Source: Paludibacteraceae bacterium (lineage in GTDB: Bacteria; Bacteroidota; Bacteroidia; Bacteroidales; Paludibacteraceae). From it: DNA of 64,000 bases. Made by a program: the position numbers and the translations under genes. Position 1 is the stretch's first letter; each line of letters begins with the position of its first letter. Shown piece after piece: positions 20,301-27,617 of the stretch. The notes under the pieces were generated by a model. It saw only the letters and a program-made list of their open reading frames with translations. It ran no database searches and had not been told where the DNA came from. The stretch spans positions 25,086 through 89,085 of the forward strand of contig JAZLMS010000055.1 in NCBI GenBank assembly GCA_045598805.1, given 5' to 3'.

Positions 20301-22716
20301 CGTGGAATGTATATTCACCGGCAGAGGTTGTTGCGATTCCGCAGTCATATTGATTATTCTGATGAATTTTCCAATCAGTATGACTATCTTTTGTCATTAT
20401 ATTGCCATTAGTTGATAGACCATACTTAATACTTACGCCATCTGTATAACGAAACCAATATGTTGTATTTGCCTCTAACTGAACGGAATATGTCAAATCG
20501 CTATTGATTATATGAGGAGCATAATTATCTACACCACAAAGGAATGTCCAACCGACAATCCATTTAGCATAGAGGGTGATATCTCTCGTCACAATATCAT
20601 TAGCAAAATCCCATGCATTTTCACAAGTAGGCTCTTTATACCAACCACTAAATGCCCATCCAATAGCCGCCGGTGCGGAAGGCGCTGAGGTTGTTGTATT
20701 ATGCGTTACTTCTTTGGAAACCACTTGCGCTCCGTGCCCTTGATTATCAAAAGACATTGTCCACGTTGGAACGGTGCAAGTCGTAGAATAAGAGGTGTAT
20801 GTAATATTATTTTCAATTACAATACTATCAATCTGAACTTGAGTCGTATTACTATTCGCATTCCCTATAACAAAAGAAGTGGCCTTGATAGTATAACTTC
20901 CGTCTGTTGCAGTAATCTGATTTTCCCCTACTTTTACAAAGAATTTATTATAACTATTCTTCGCATATACCTTTATACCAGGTATCGTCACTCCCGCTAA
21001 GGAAGTTACGGTAATGGTATTGCCTCCATTGGCGTTTCCATAGAGGGCGATATAATTATCATTGTTCAATCCGGGTAAACTGCTACCACTATTTTTAACG
21101 CCCACTACTGACCATTTATGTTCATCTAACCCCAATATGGCAGCATCGTTATTGCCGGTCATATTTATGGTTATCCCTCTGCTATATGCCAGTTTAGTGG
21201 TGAATGTCTCTTCACTATTTTTGCTCAGTTGTGCAAACACGGCATAATAGGTTATATCTGCTGTAACCTTTTTGTCTCCGGCCTCGGTAAAGAGATCTGA
21301 AGGTCTCTCCGTACTACTGCTATAATTTTGTGTTGCCGTCCAACCGATAAAGTGATTTCGGTCACATGGTTGAGGATTGGCAGTAGGCATTACTAATGCG
21401 TTATTATAAGTATAGTCCGTTTTAGAGTCGTGCTTTACCCCATCCGCCATCCAAGTTACGGTGTATTCGTCCGAAATAGCATTTACCGCAATAGAAGCAT
21501 TATCACCGGTTATCGTCACATGCAATGTACCGGAAGTGGCGTCTTGGTCTAATGCAGGAGACCATTCGGCAGTACATCCCGACGCAGTAACTTTACTATT
21601 TAATTTATATCCCTCATCGGCAGAGATAGTGAGGTTAAATGCCGTCCCCGATTCTTGTAAACATGTAGGCCATGAACCGGAAGAAAGGGAGCAATTGGTA
21701 TAGGTTGCCTCTCCGATAGAGTATAGGTTGCTTAAAGAGCCATAGCCTTTACCGTTGGCGTCACCAGTATTCCCCCACCCTTGTAACTTAATTAAGTTAT
21801 TATTAGTTATGTCGAAGTCAACGGATTGTCCCCAGAAGTTGTCACCACTCCAACCGGAAGGTTGTGTTGCAGAAGGACTAAAGCGACCAATGGTTATTTT
21901 GTTACAAGATGTAGGAATATCGTCATAATAATAACCCGACTCACTTCCTATTCCTTCTGTTGCAAAATTTGTCATCCATTGTCCATTAGTAGCATCATAA
22001 ATACCTGTTTTAGCATTATCTTTTTTCCAATCATTAAATAGTGATATATATATCCTTTTTGTCGTAGGAGCAACTTCTGCTTCGTAGAAATTAATGCTGT
22101 CAATCATGAAGTAACAGTTATTCGCTGATGAAGCTGATGTTTCGACTTTATAATTAACTGTTATCTTGAAAAAACTCTTTGCATCCCAAGATCCTTCGTC
22201 TAAAGTAAAATCTAATGTGCCTGCAGAACTAACAGAAGGGTTGTCAATTTGTTTTGTTTTTGAAGATTCGAAAACAGATGAAATAGAACCTTCGACTTTA
22301 ATTGAATTGATTGTGATAGTCGAATTTGCACCATTTGTTGTACCGTTATGATTGATTCTTACCTTGCTAATTGCTTTAGAAGAAATCTTTTCCTGCGATG
22401 TAATAGGGCAATCCGTTTGCGTTTTATTTTTACCTCCCACTCTAACTCCAATACCAGATCCGGTTTTTTGATCTCCTTGTACTAACCAACTGATATTTTC
22501 GTATTTATAAGAATGTTGATTCGTATAACTATCAATTTTTTCCCCCGTATTTAATTTACTAAATACAAGCGTATAAACCGGAGTTTCCTCTCCCCACACA
22601 TTCCCACTCAAGACAAGTGCAAGTAAGAGGGTGAGGGTCTTAATGAGCGTCGCAAGGGTGCGAAGTGGATAGGGGGGGGGTCTTTTGCCCCATTCGCAAC
22701 AAATTTCGATTCGCAA
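14320..22716 (-). CDS. giant (about 2,800 aa) cell-surface protein with multiple Listeria-Bacteroides (Flg_new-like) repeats; candidate T9SS or adhesin-type cargo
   Basis: Uninterrupted 8.4-kb ORF. Signal peptide LIKTLTLLLALVLSGNVWG/EE. At least 7 xxGW(T/S/Y/F)...(Y/L)YA(V/I/K/Q)(F/W/Y) modules. Ser/Thr/Asn-rich beta-type sequence. C-terminal tail KMLKDGHIYIIVNGTTFNAEGKEVTK. The tracked start (22716) is TTG; see the G9 tract. Confidence 0.85.
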   Translation of the reverse strand: MRIEICCEWGKRPPPYPLRTLATLIKTLTLLLALVLSGNVWGEETPVYTLVFSKLNTGEKIDSYTNQHSYKYENISWLVQGDQKTGSGIGVRVGGKNKTQTDCPITSQEKISSKAISKVRINHNGTTNGANSTITINSIKVEGSISSVFESSKTKQIDNPSVSSAGTLDFTLDEGSWDAKSFFKITVNYKVETSASSANNCYFMIDSINFYEAEVAPTTKRIYISLFNDWKKDNAKTGIYDATNGQWMTNFATEGIGSESGYYYDDIPTSCNKITIGRFSPSATQPSGWSGDNFWGQSVDFDITNNNLIKLQGWGNTGDANGKGYGSLSNLYSIGEATYTNCSLSSGSWPTCLQESGTAFNLTISADEGYKLNSKVTASGCTAEWSPALDQDATSGTLHVTITGDNASIAVNAISDEYTVTWMADGVKHDSKTDYTYNNALVMPTANPQPCDRNHFIGWTATQNYSSSTERPSDLFTEAGDKKVTADITYYAVFAQLSKNSEETFTTKLAYSRGITINMTGNNDAAILGLDEHKWSVVGVKNSGSSLPGLNNDNYIALYGNANGGNTITVTSLAGVTIPGIKVYAKNSYNKFFVKVGENQITATDGSYTIKATSFVIGNANSNTTQVQIDSIVIENNITYTSYSTTCTVPTWTMSFDNQGHGAQVVSKEVTHNTTTSAPSAPAAIGWAFSGWYKEPTCENAWDFANDIVTRDITLYAKWIVGWTFLCGVDNYAPHIINSDLTYSVQLEANTTYWFRYTDGVSIKYGLSTNGNIMTKDSHTDWKIHQNNQYDCGIATTSAGEYTFHATEEGELSTTLNITVDYPASVAVTFNLNGHGADIIRYTTHGEALATLPATPTTTGYDFAGWFTDQECTSPWISTEPIAADKIVYAQWTVARTTLYLDAGGSELWDKGSAKFAVYYFNSETDNGWSEFMTNYGDCDAIYRTTIPQGYEYVNFVRLKNTCETPNWTDKWNQTSNKSIDGTWNRCTITAFGENNTDCPANYDSYDPTVVVTFHYNGYTTDCDEQISGPKCTTITLPSGKVVAGKTFNGWSDGNGNTYAAGSTYTMPASDVTLTATYTNWTITLNYNNISTQMDVPETGVVLPTTVPEGAQGAVNNIFIGFTKTQLTEAVTDLPNDFIAAGETYLPTTAGETLYALYRQGDATYQLIKDIKDLRLGAHVVLASIDEDYAMGKEFIAGQDTLPAIVVTKNDDAETITFGKDVQEWILDASDSKDHVGEWSFKQNGESTKYLAAPSGGKDKLSLTGSKTASACFTLAIDASGRATAKSVVATTTTTHNTLSMGENGFFACYRLQDITTPDLAIYQHIGTKYVTIPTPVYRVKSVDMINGRLDKNDYYAFNDTITLSGYANDGYSTSNRYLVFSETSRDTVSKTRGFRMPSYNVVDTLTNRAKQDTITFVVPECVTTPAMQRVDWNSEIELPNVANVNVWNFVGWTKKAINDTTQIHSEIFTTYTVPHVDKDTFYAIYSYDGLETEGFVLSTVNNETTYYLGKYVSGSTNRYFSAVTDKAQALVLYNNSGKLYYHSGDTLAYLQANEQGTSQKTYNLLTTKVENATVWTIATEDGKTSIKTNIGGSNRYLRFNYNNGTNPRYSIYTDRQNPVSEKAPSYTTNPVCALYVHYFATDTEEEPEYSYELGQDGKAIPYRPAEGCSTKRFIGWSENKVTTLRQEAPALVAFTTQTFDRDVNLYAVYAAENGGKVREGAYYKVITETPSEMFSTNTDEYSGKNMRFEVTNVTQTVGGNFQTSTKLEQPATIITDRKIYDLKEVKVNFNKSSNKVTLAIQISEDGENWVKQQSIAMNSISPETGTLTATLENCGDYYVRIQASSEAQSTTYKAEISSFTFSCVNRYWFSDYSTNCNMAATATMSFTNGDDSPAPATAKQADPIGQVITLPTPTMAGKHFEHWTINEVEYNAGDSYKLSHDVTAIATWSDPQLVCTPKTLYVASAKGKTIRSSQTIHISCPDITTGTLTIVNDSNSNGKLHAVITNAEANAETGLNATVAIEFTPNAQNVNRNATMTATIGEEPNQKQVQFQVRGTSLPDDFVIAHQGSDSKWYALPADITAFNTYSGYEITVNGDNATAPQSAVYHLGDVIEDNGHIRLTPTDTTALLTSATTSAQTKIKVGKISDDTENRSLWTLLTTDNSSFTFVNTAANNSLKFNSSNKFGMFATGTTNDTLFRIFKVTTSTTTIPITVTNWTETAFSFTTTETIPTHDAFHLIVNEDAAETATCTPTFELYNVTSSTTFGTQQRIQLQWYKDSKLVATGSVVTPACAKSDITLSSLLTEDVDAKNLDIVVTSGTLTVNADATIHNLDIRSGAAVVINGCTLTINQLVFHGGITDDNAASYNVPSLNIASNASLLTKLKTVYYYLDLSSGNYAPMALPFRATMASVRFTSRPTVDASSQIGTGFNIATYNGEERAKQSQTTTKYWKALKNGDWIEPSIGYIVTAKKLKGETHASLRFSMNSVDNAWTTNGEQGQITITKTEEEETTTIIKNQVIVTAWGVDDESVQNVNKAWNFIANPYMSAIPSFNDEFMYITVPTNTVDGYEQIAVDDNDTEIRPFYGVFVQAGVTKPITIPRTSPSQAPAYLLANVNPEQKAYINLAGASMHDRFGLIVGPQHTNDYEINADLSKELGTANDLRAWLMADETKMAYLAVDDETARTLIPLNLRTPAESEYTFSLRESSRVDDLEGLYLYDYENGAVTNLLHDDYIFSAPAGAVENRFAINAIRQNKAPTDIDDGGGGRAIGDGLKMLKDGHIYIIVNGTTFNAEGKEVTK

Positions 22717-22771
22717 CGCAAGTCATACGAGCTGATGCACGGTTGATGATGGATTGAAAAAAAGTTTTCAT
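22640..22771 (-). other. ATG-initiated 43-codon frame that would be the true 5' end of the giant gene with a tract length of 8 or 11
   Basis: ATGs at 22771, 22726 and 22693 share one frame: MKTFFQSIINRASARMTCVANRNLLRMGQKTPP. With C9 it ends at TAA 22642-22640. A -1 change in the tract joins it to YPLRTLATLIKTL... Confidence 0.55.
22672..22680. repeat. G9 (C9 on the coding strand) homopolymer in the 5' end of the giant gene
   Basis: Read directly as a ggggggggg t; encodes PPP in the tracked frame. Confidence 0.95.
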
Positions 22772-22772
22772 A

Positions 22773-22814
22773 TCGTTAGTTGTTAGTCGTTAGTTTTTAG
22801 TCGTTAGTTTTTAA
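22773..22814. repeat. 3 x 14-bp tandem repeat directly upstream of ATG 22771
   Basis: Plus strand: tcgttagttgttag / tcgttagtttttag / tcgttagtttttaa. Coding sense: AAAAACTAACGA-type A-rich leader. Confidence 0.9.
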
Positions 22815-23103
22815 CTACATCAACACAGACAACCCTACGGACAGCCACCGAAGAGCTACGCAAGTCCTACGGAAGTCCTATAATGCTACGGTAGTGCTAC
22901 GTTTACAGACACGGTGAAGATAGTGCAGACATCCGCAAATCCACCCACACAAAAAAAGAATCACTGCCTCTTGCGAGTACAGTGACACATACGCTAATAC
23001 CTTATTAAATAAAGGGATTCCATAAGCTGTAGTGTGTCCGTAGCTGTTTACTGTCTTATGTCAAAATTTATGTCAAATAGTGGATTTCCTTCGAAATCCG
23101 GTG

Positions 23104-23111
23104 CAAAGGTA
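23104..23111 (-). promoter_or_regulatory. Bacteroidota -7 box (TAccTTTG on the minus strand), candidate promoter of the giant gene
   Basis: Plus-strand caaaggta. Followed on the minus strand by a 7-bp hairpin (23082-23099). Implies a leader of about 330 nt to ATG 22771. Confidence 0.5.
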
Positions 23112-23185
23112 CAACTTTTTTTTAATCTGTGCAAATTTTTATTAACTTTTTCTGCATTTTTTCTGCATTTTTCCGCGAAGGTTGC

Positions 23186-23914
23186 TCACGCACATACGCG
23201 CGGAATATTCGCAAGCCACTTTAGGATAATCTTACCCGCTTTAGAGCAATGTTTGATATAAGAACCATGATCGGCATTGGGTACAATACAGAGATCCGCA
23301 TTGGGAATAGAAGAGGCTATCAGACGCGTGTGCTCCTCCGATATGGAGTCATGGTCACCCGCCATAATCAAACACGGACACGCTATCGTACCTAACTCCT
23401 CTACCGATATATGCGGCTCATCTAACATCATCAAGAATAACGGATTGGACTTGAACTCCTCCCTTAACTCCGCGTCCCTCTCGGCAAACTCAGTCACTCC
23501 GTCCGGCGTGATGTTAGCCCCACTCGTGATAATAGCCTTGAACAGACCCGGATGAGCTATCTCAGCCATAAGGGCTATATTACCACCGTCCGACCAGCCA
23601 TAAACAATCGGCTTATTGATACCCAAGGCTTGGCAGAAAAGATAGACATCTTCCGCCATGTCCGCATAATGATACTCGGTGATAGGTTCGTTAGCACCCT
23701 GACCGCGTGAGTCTAAAGCATAGACACGATAACCACGCAAAGCCAACTGAAGGAGTTGACGGCGCATCGACTTATGACTGCCGCCGTTGCCGTGAAGCAA
23801 GAGGAAAGGGTCGCCATTCTTGGGACCAAGGGTCACGTAATGGAGCGCGTAGGCTGTTTGGTTGTTGACGGAAATAGTTTTCATAAAGATACAGAGCATA
23901 ATTAGCAGTTTCAT
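23186..23914 (-). CDS. alpha/beta-fold hydrolase
   Basis: LLLHGNGGSHKSM (oxyanion region), nucleophile elbow GWSDGG, C-terminal ADH. The ATG at 23914 overlaps the upstream TGA (ATGA). An alternative ATG at 23884 gives MKTISV. Confidence 0.75.
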   Translation of the reverse strand: MKLLIMLCIFMKTISVNNQTAYALHYVTLGPKNGDPFLLLHGNGGSHKSMRRQLLQLALRGYRVYALDSRGQGANEPITEYHYADMAEDVYLFCQALGINKPIVYGWSDGGNIALMAEIAHPGLFKAIITSGANITPDGVTEFAERDAELREEFKSNPLFLMMLDEPHISVEELGTIACPCLIMAGDHDSISEEHTRLIASSIPNADLCIVPNADHGSYIKHCSKAGKIILKWLANIPRVCA

Positions 23915-24255
23915 TGTTGTAATGCGAGTTTGGCGGCTTCGCGGTAGGCGACGATCAGTCCACCCGTTCCAAGGAGCGTTCCTCCGAAATAACGCACAAC
24001 CACCACCAAGATATTATCCTTCCCCGCCGCATCAATCGCCCTCAAGATAGGCGCACCCGCCGTTCCGTGCGGTTCGCCATCGTCCTTCGTGCGCCATAGA
24101 TTGGGACCGAGACGATAAGCATAACACACATGACGCGCATCGTGGTACTTCTTCTTGTACCACGCAATGCGCGACTTGGCGTCGTCCTCAGAGGTGATCG
24201 GTTCAGCGAAGCTGATGAACTTACTACCGCGGTCTTTGTATATTCCGGTGTTCAT
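23911..24255 (-). CDS. IMPACT/YigZ-family (UPF0029) N-terminal-domain protein, short form
   Basis: KDRGSKFISFA...HDARHVCYAY...DDGEPHGTAGAPIL...VVVVRYFGGTLLGTGGL. Only 114 aa, with no C-terminal DUF1949-like part. Confidence 0.7.
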   Translation of the reverse strand: MNTGIYKDRGSKFISFAEPITSEDDAKSRIAWYKKKYHDARHVCYAYRLGPNLWRTKDDGEPHGTAGAPILRAIDAAGKDNILVVVVRYFGGTLLGTGGLIVAYREAAKLALQQ

Positions 24256-24299
24256 AGGGTTGAAAGGATGATTGGCTGAAAGGATGAAAGGCGGAGTGG

Positions 24300-25505
24300 T
24301 TAGAGACCAAGTTTTTTGCGGAGGTCTTTGGGGATGGCGTCCTTGTGAACAAGGATATCGTTCGTCTTATACTGCATGAACGCTTCGGAGATATACCATA
24401 TACCCTTATAATCGCTCTTTACCGCACCCCACGAGTTCTTAACCATATAATATTTCTTACCATTCTGATCCTTCGCCGTACCGAAAATCTGCAAACCATG
24501 GTCATCCGTCGTTCCCCACGTATCAAAAGCAATCTGACGCATCTGTTGGGTAATGGTCTTCTCAGGCAGCGGTTTCTCGGTGAGTTTCTCTTTCTTCTTA
24601 TCGGTGGACATATTAAGCCACTTAGCCATATCGGAGCCGGTCAAGTCGGCACCATTATCCTCATCAGGCACCACACCAATACCCTTGCGCGTGAAGCCGT
24701 TCTCACTAACATCGGCCCCCCACGCCATGGTATAACCATTGGCAATAGCGTTATCAATGATACGCATCAAGTCCTCCATCGGAACATTATACATCTGATC
24801 CATACGCCAGTTATCGGGCACCTCCAAAGCAAAGCGTGTGTAGAAAGGATGATGGGTATAAGAAGTAATAGACACATAATCGTCGGCATTAAGACCGAGG
24901 AACTGAACAAACGATTGAGGCGTATAGGTCTTACCCTCATACTCAAAGGTCTCTGGACACTTGCCTAAATAAGTGTCATAGATAGCTTGGAAAGCCTCTT
25001 TCCACACGGGAGTGAGAGTCTTTTGCGCATAGAGACCGTTGAGGAAACCTCTGGCTACTGCCACTAACTCGCCATGCACAGGCAGGGTGTCGGCAGGGGT
25101 GATACCATAACGCATACCTACCATAGCCGATTGGGGCACAAGACCATAGTTCTTCATGCAATAGATAACATCATAAGCACTACCTCCGGCAGCCCATTTG
25201 GCATCGCCGTACATACGAACACAGTACTCAGCACGATCCATCATGGTCTTGCTGACAACAAACATCTCGGAAAGGTCATAAACGCCCTTACCCATACGGA
25301 GGAGTTCGGATTCAATGAAACCGATGGTAGAGAATGACCAGCAAGTACCGGAGCGGTGCTGGTCTTTGATAGAGGTGATAGCTATGCTATCGACTGTAGT
25401 GAACACGAAACCGCTATCCTTAACGGTTGAATCAATTTTTGCAGGCTCTTGAGCCGCAAGACTGAGGCTGCACATTGCAGCCAAAATAAATGTAAGTGTT
25501 TTCAT
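24300..25505 (-). CDS. secreted C1-family cysteine peptidase (aminopeptidase C / bleomycin-hydrolase-like)
   Basis: Signal peptide; catalytic Cys context DQHRSGTCWSFS; PepC-like length. Confidence 0.75.
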   Translation of the reverse strand: MKTLTFILAAMCSLSLAAQEPAKIDSTVKDSGFVFTTVDSIAITSIKDQHRSGTCWSFSTIGFIESELLRMGKGVYDLSEMFVVSKTMMDRAEYCVRMYGDAKWAAGGSAYDVIYCMKNYGLVPQSAMVGMRYGITPADTLPVHGELVAVARGFLNGLYAQKTLTPVWKEAFQAIYDTYLGKCPETFEYEGKTYTPQSFVQFLGLNADDYVSITSYTHHPFYTRFALEVPDNWRMDQMYNVPMEDLMRIIDNAIANGYTMAWGADVSENGFTRKGIGVVPDEDNGADLTGSDMAKWLNMSTDKKKEKLTEKPLPEKTITQQMRQIAFDTWGTTDDHGLQIFGTAKDQNGKKYYMVKNSWGAVKSDYKGIWYISEAFMQYKTNDILVHKDAIPKDLRKKLGL

Positions 25506-25539
25506 TTGTGTTTGGTGTTTGGTGTTTTGTATTGGGTGT
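25506..25539. repeat. heptamer (GGTGTTT)n spacer, which reads (AAACACC)n as the sense leader of the C1 peptidase gene
   Basis: Sequence ttgtgtttggtgtttggtgttttgtattgggtgt fills the whole spacer between the S41 stop and the C1 peptidase ATG. Confidence 0.9.
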
Positions 25540-27135
25540 TTAGTATTCTAATGCTTTTTTGAGGACTTCGTCGTCACGGAGCATGAAAGCAAACTTTCCT
25601 TTTTGATAATAATAACGTGATATTATTTCCGCCCCTAAGAAAGACTTAACTTCGTCCTTATGGCGCTCTATTGCTTCTCGGAAATTCGGCGTTAATGCCG
25701 GCTCAAGAGCTTTAAGTTGAACAATAGTCATACTATCTAAGTCCTCATGTTCCGCCATCTTAATAACGTCTTGTAAATACTTACCCGTCTCCGTTTGATA
25801 GGTAAACTCTTTCTCATCCAAGAAAGCACAGAAATCTTCTATAATGGAATCCGTCACTTCAAACTGAGGTTCGGGAACAATTGACTCATGCCGTAAGCGA
25901 TAACGCGTAGCATAGTCGAAGAACATATTCTTTACATATAAGGTATAGGTTATATCCACCTTTTGACTATCCGACATCACGATATCTGGTAGAATGCCCC
26001 CTGCGGTGTCCTTACGAAGCGATTTACCCTTCTGACGCTCCGCATAATCAATAGCCTGAATACAACGTCCGGAAGGCAAGTAATACTTAGACGTAGTGAC
26101 CTTTAAGTATCCGCCATACGCAATAGGACGGAGGTTTTGAACCAGTCCTTTACCAAACGTGCGCTCACCAATGAGGGTTGCCCGATGTAAGTCTTGCAAA
26201 CTACCACTAACAATCTCACTGGCGGAAGCCGAGTTGCCATCAACGAGCACAACCAAAGGCATATCGCGATAAATAGGATAAGAGGAGGTGGTATAAGTGC
26301 GATTGAACTCACGTAGTTTACCTTTCGTACAGACGACTTCGGTACCCTTATCTACAAAATTAGAAACAATATTGAGTGCCTCCTCAACCAATCCTCCACC
26401 ATTACCACGAAGGTCGAAAATAAGACGCGTAGCACCTTGCTGAACGAGCAGGTTGAGCGTGCGTACAAAGTCGTTTGCGCACCCCGTAGTGAACTCGCGA
26501 AGACAGATATAAGCGATGGTGTCTTGGAAGATAGTGCTATACTCAATAGGATCAATATGAACCTCCTCACGAGGGAAACTAATCTCCAATGTCTTTTTCA
26601 TTCCCTCGCGTTGCAGTTTAAGAGTAACGGTTGTACCGGGTACACCACGCAAATGGTCGGATACTTCCGCCACTATATGGTCCTTCGTTTCCCAACCATC
26701 AACGGCGAGGATGCGATCCCCTGCCACAACTCCATGACGCTGTGCGGGTTTTCCCTCATAGGGGTCAGCAATGATGGTAATGATTTCCTTATTCTTCCCT
26801 ACCTCACGTTGCTGAATCATAGCCCCAATGCCACCATACTTGCCCGTGGTCATCATCTTGAGCTCATCGTCTTTACTCTTAGGATAATAGATGGTATAAG
26901 GGTCTATTTTCTTGAGCATAGCGTTAATAGCCGCCTCTGTTAAGTCCTTATAATTGAGGGTATCGACATAATTCATATCTATCTGGCGCATCACATCGTA
27001 GTAGATATTCAAGTTCTTATCAATAGTGAACGTGCGGTCCTCTCCAAAAGCGGGTTGTGCGCCCAAAGGACTATAGTGGATGGAGGATAGTAGCACAATC
27101 AACCATAAGCCTATGTTAAACTTCAAACTTTTCAC
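25540..27135 (-). CDS. S41 family C-terminal processing (tail-specific) peptidase with PDZ domain
   Basis: PDZ-like GDRILAVDG; S41 motifs DLRGNGGG and NSASASEIVSG..L. Signal peptide present. The start codon at 27135 is GTG. Confidence 0.85.
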   Translation of the reverse strand: MKSLKFNIGLWLIVLLSSIHYSPLGAQPAFGEDRTFTIDKNLNIYYDVMRQIDMNYVDTLNYKDLTEAAINAMLKKIDPYTIYYPKSKDDELKMMTTGKYGGIGAMIQQREVGKNKEIITIIADPYEGKPAQRHGVVAGDRILAVDGWETKDHIVAEVSDHLRGVPGTTVTLKLQREGMKKTLEISFPREEVHIDPIEYSTIFQDTIAYICLREFTTGCANDFVRTLNLLVQQGATRLIFDLRGNGGGLVEEALNIVSNFVDKGTEVVCTKGKLREFNRTYTTSSYPIYRDMPLVVLVDGNSASASEIVSGSLQDLHRATLIGERTFGKGLVQNLRPIAYGGYLKVTTSKYYLPSGRCIQAIDYAERQKGKSLRKDTAGGILPDIVMSDSQKVDITYTLYVKNMFFDYATRYRLRHESIVPEPQFEVTDSIIEDFCAFLDEKEFTYQTETGKYLQDVIKMAEHEDLDSMTIVQLKALEPALTPNFREAIERHKDEVKSFLGAEIISRYYYQKGKFAFMLRDDEVLKKALEY

Positions 27136-27159
27136 TTACTTTACACTTTAAACTTTCAA

Positions 27160-27612
27160 CTATAACTTTTTATTATTGGGTACGAAGGAAGAGACGTCTT
27201 GGTTATAACGGCACAAGTCACGCACAAGGGTGGAAGAAACATATGCCAACTCTGGACGAGTATAAAGCAGAATAGTTTCTATACCGCCAATGTGCTGATT
27301 AGCTTCGGCTAAGTTGCGTTCGTACTCAAAATCAGACATTCCGCGTATTCCACGGAGGATAAAATGAGCATTCTGCGCCTTAGCAAAATCAACTGTTAAG
27401 CCGTCATAGATTAAGACCTTTACTTTAGGGTTATCAGCATAAATTTTCTTAATAGCAGCTTCGCGTTCTCTAATGGGAAAAGTCTCATTCTTAACACTAT
27501 TACGACCAATACCGATGATTATTTCGTCAAAGAGTTTGAGACCACGTTGAACGATATCATCGTGTCCAATGGTGAAGGGGTCAAAGGATCCGGGGAAAAT
27601 AGCACGTTTCAT
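27160..27612 (-). CDS. coaD: phosphopantetheine adenylyltransferase
   Basis: AIFPGSFDPFTIGHDDIV (HxGH-type) and ISSTLVR-like SSTLVRDL. Confidence 0.95.
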   Translation of the reverse strand: MKRAIFPGSFDPFTIGHDDIVQRGLKLFDEIIIGIGRNSVKNETFPIREREAAIKKIYADNPKVKVLIYDGLTVDFAKAQNAHFILRGIRGMSDFEYERNLAEANQHIGGIETILLYTRPELAYVSSTLVRDLCRYNQDVSSFVPNNKKL

Positions 27613-27617
27613 ATTGT

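Noticed and set aside
22800-23185. Invertible promoter (inverton) upstream of the giant gene, as is common for Bacteroidales surface loci
   Set aside because: I looked for inverted repeats flanking the -7 box. Only 6-nt matches (tgcaga/tctgca) were found and no recombinase gene is nearby. The homopolymer tract explains the switching potential better.
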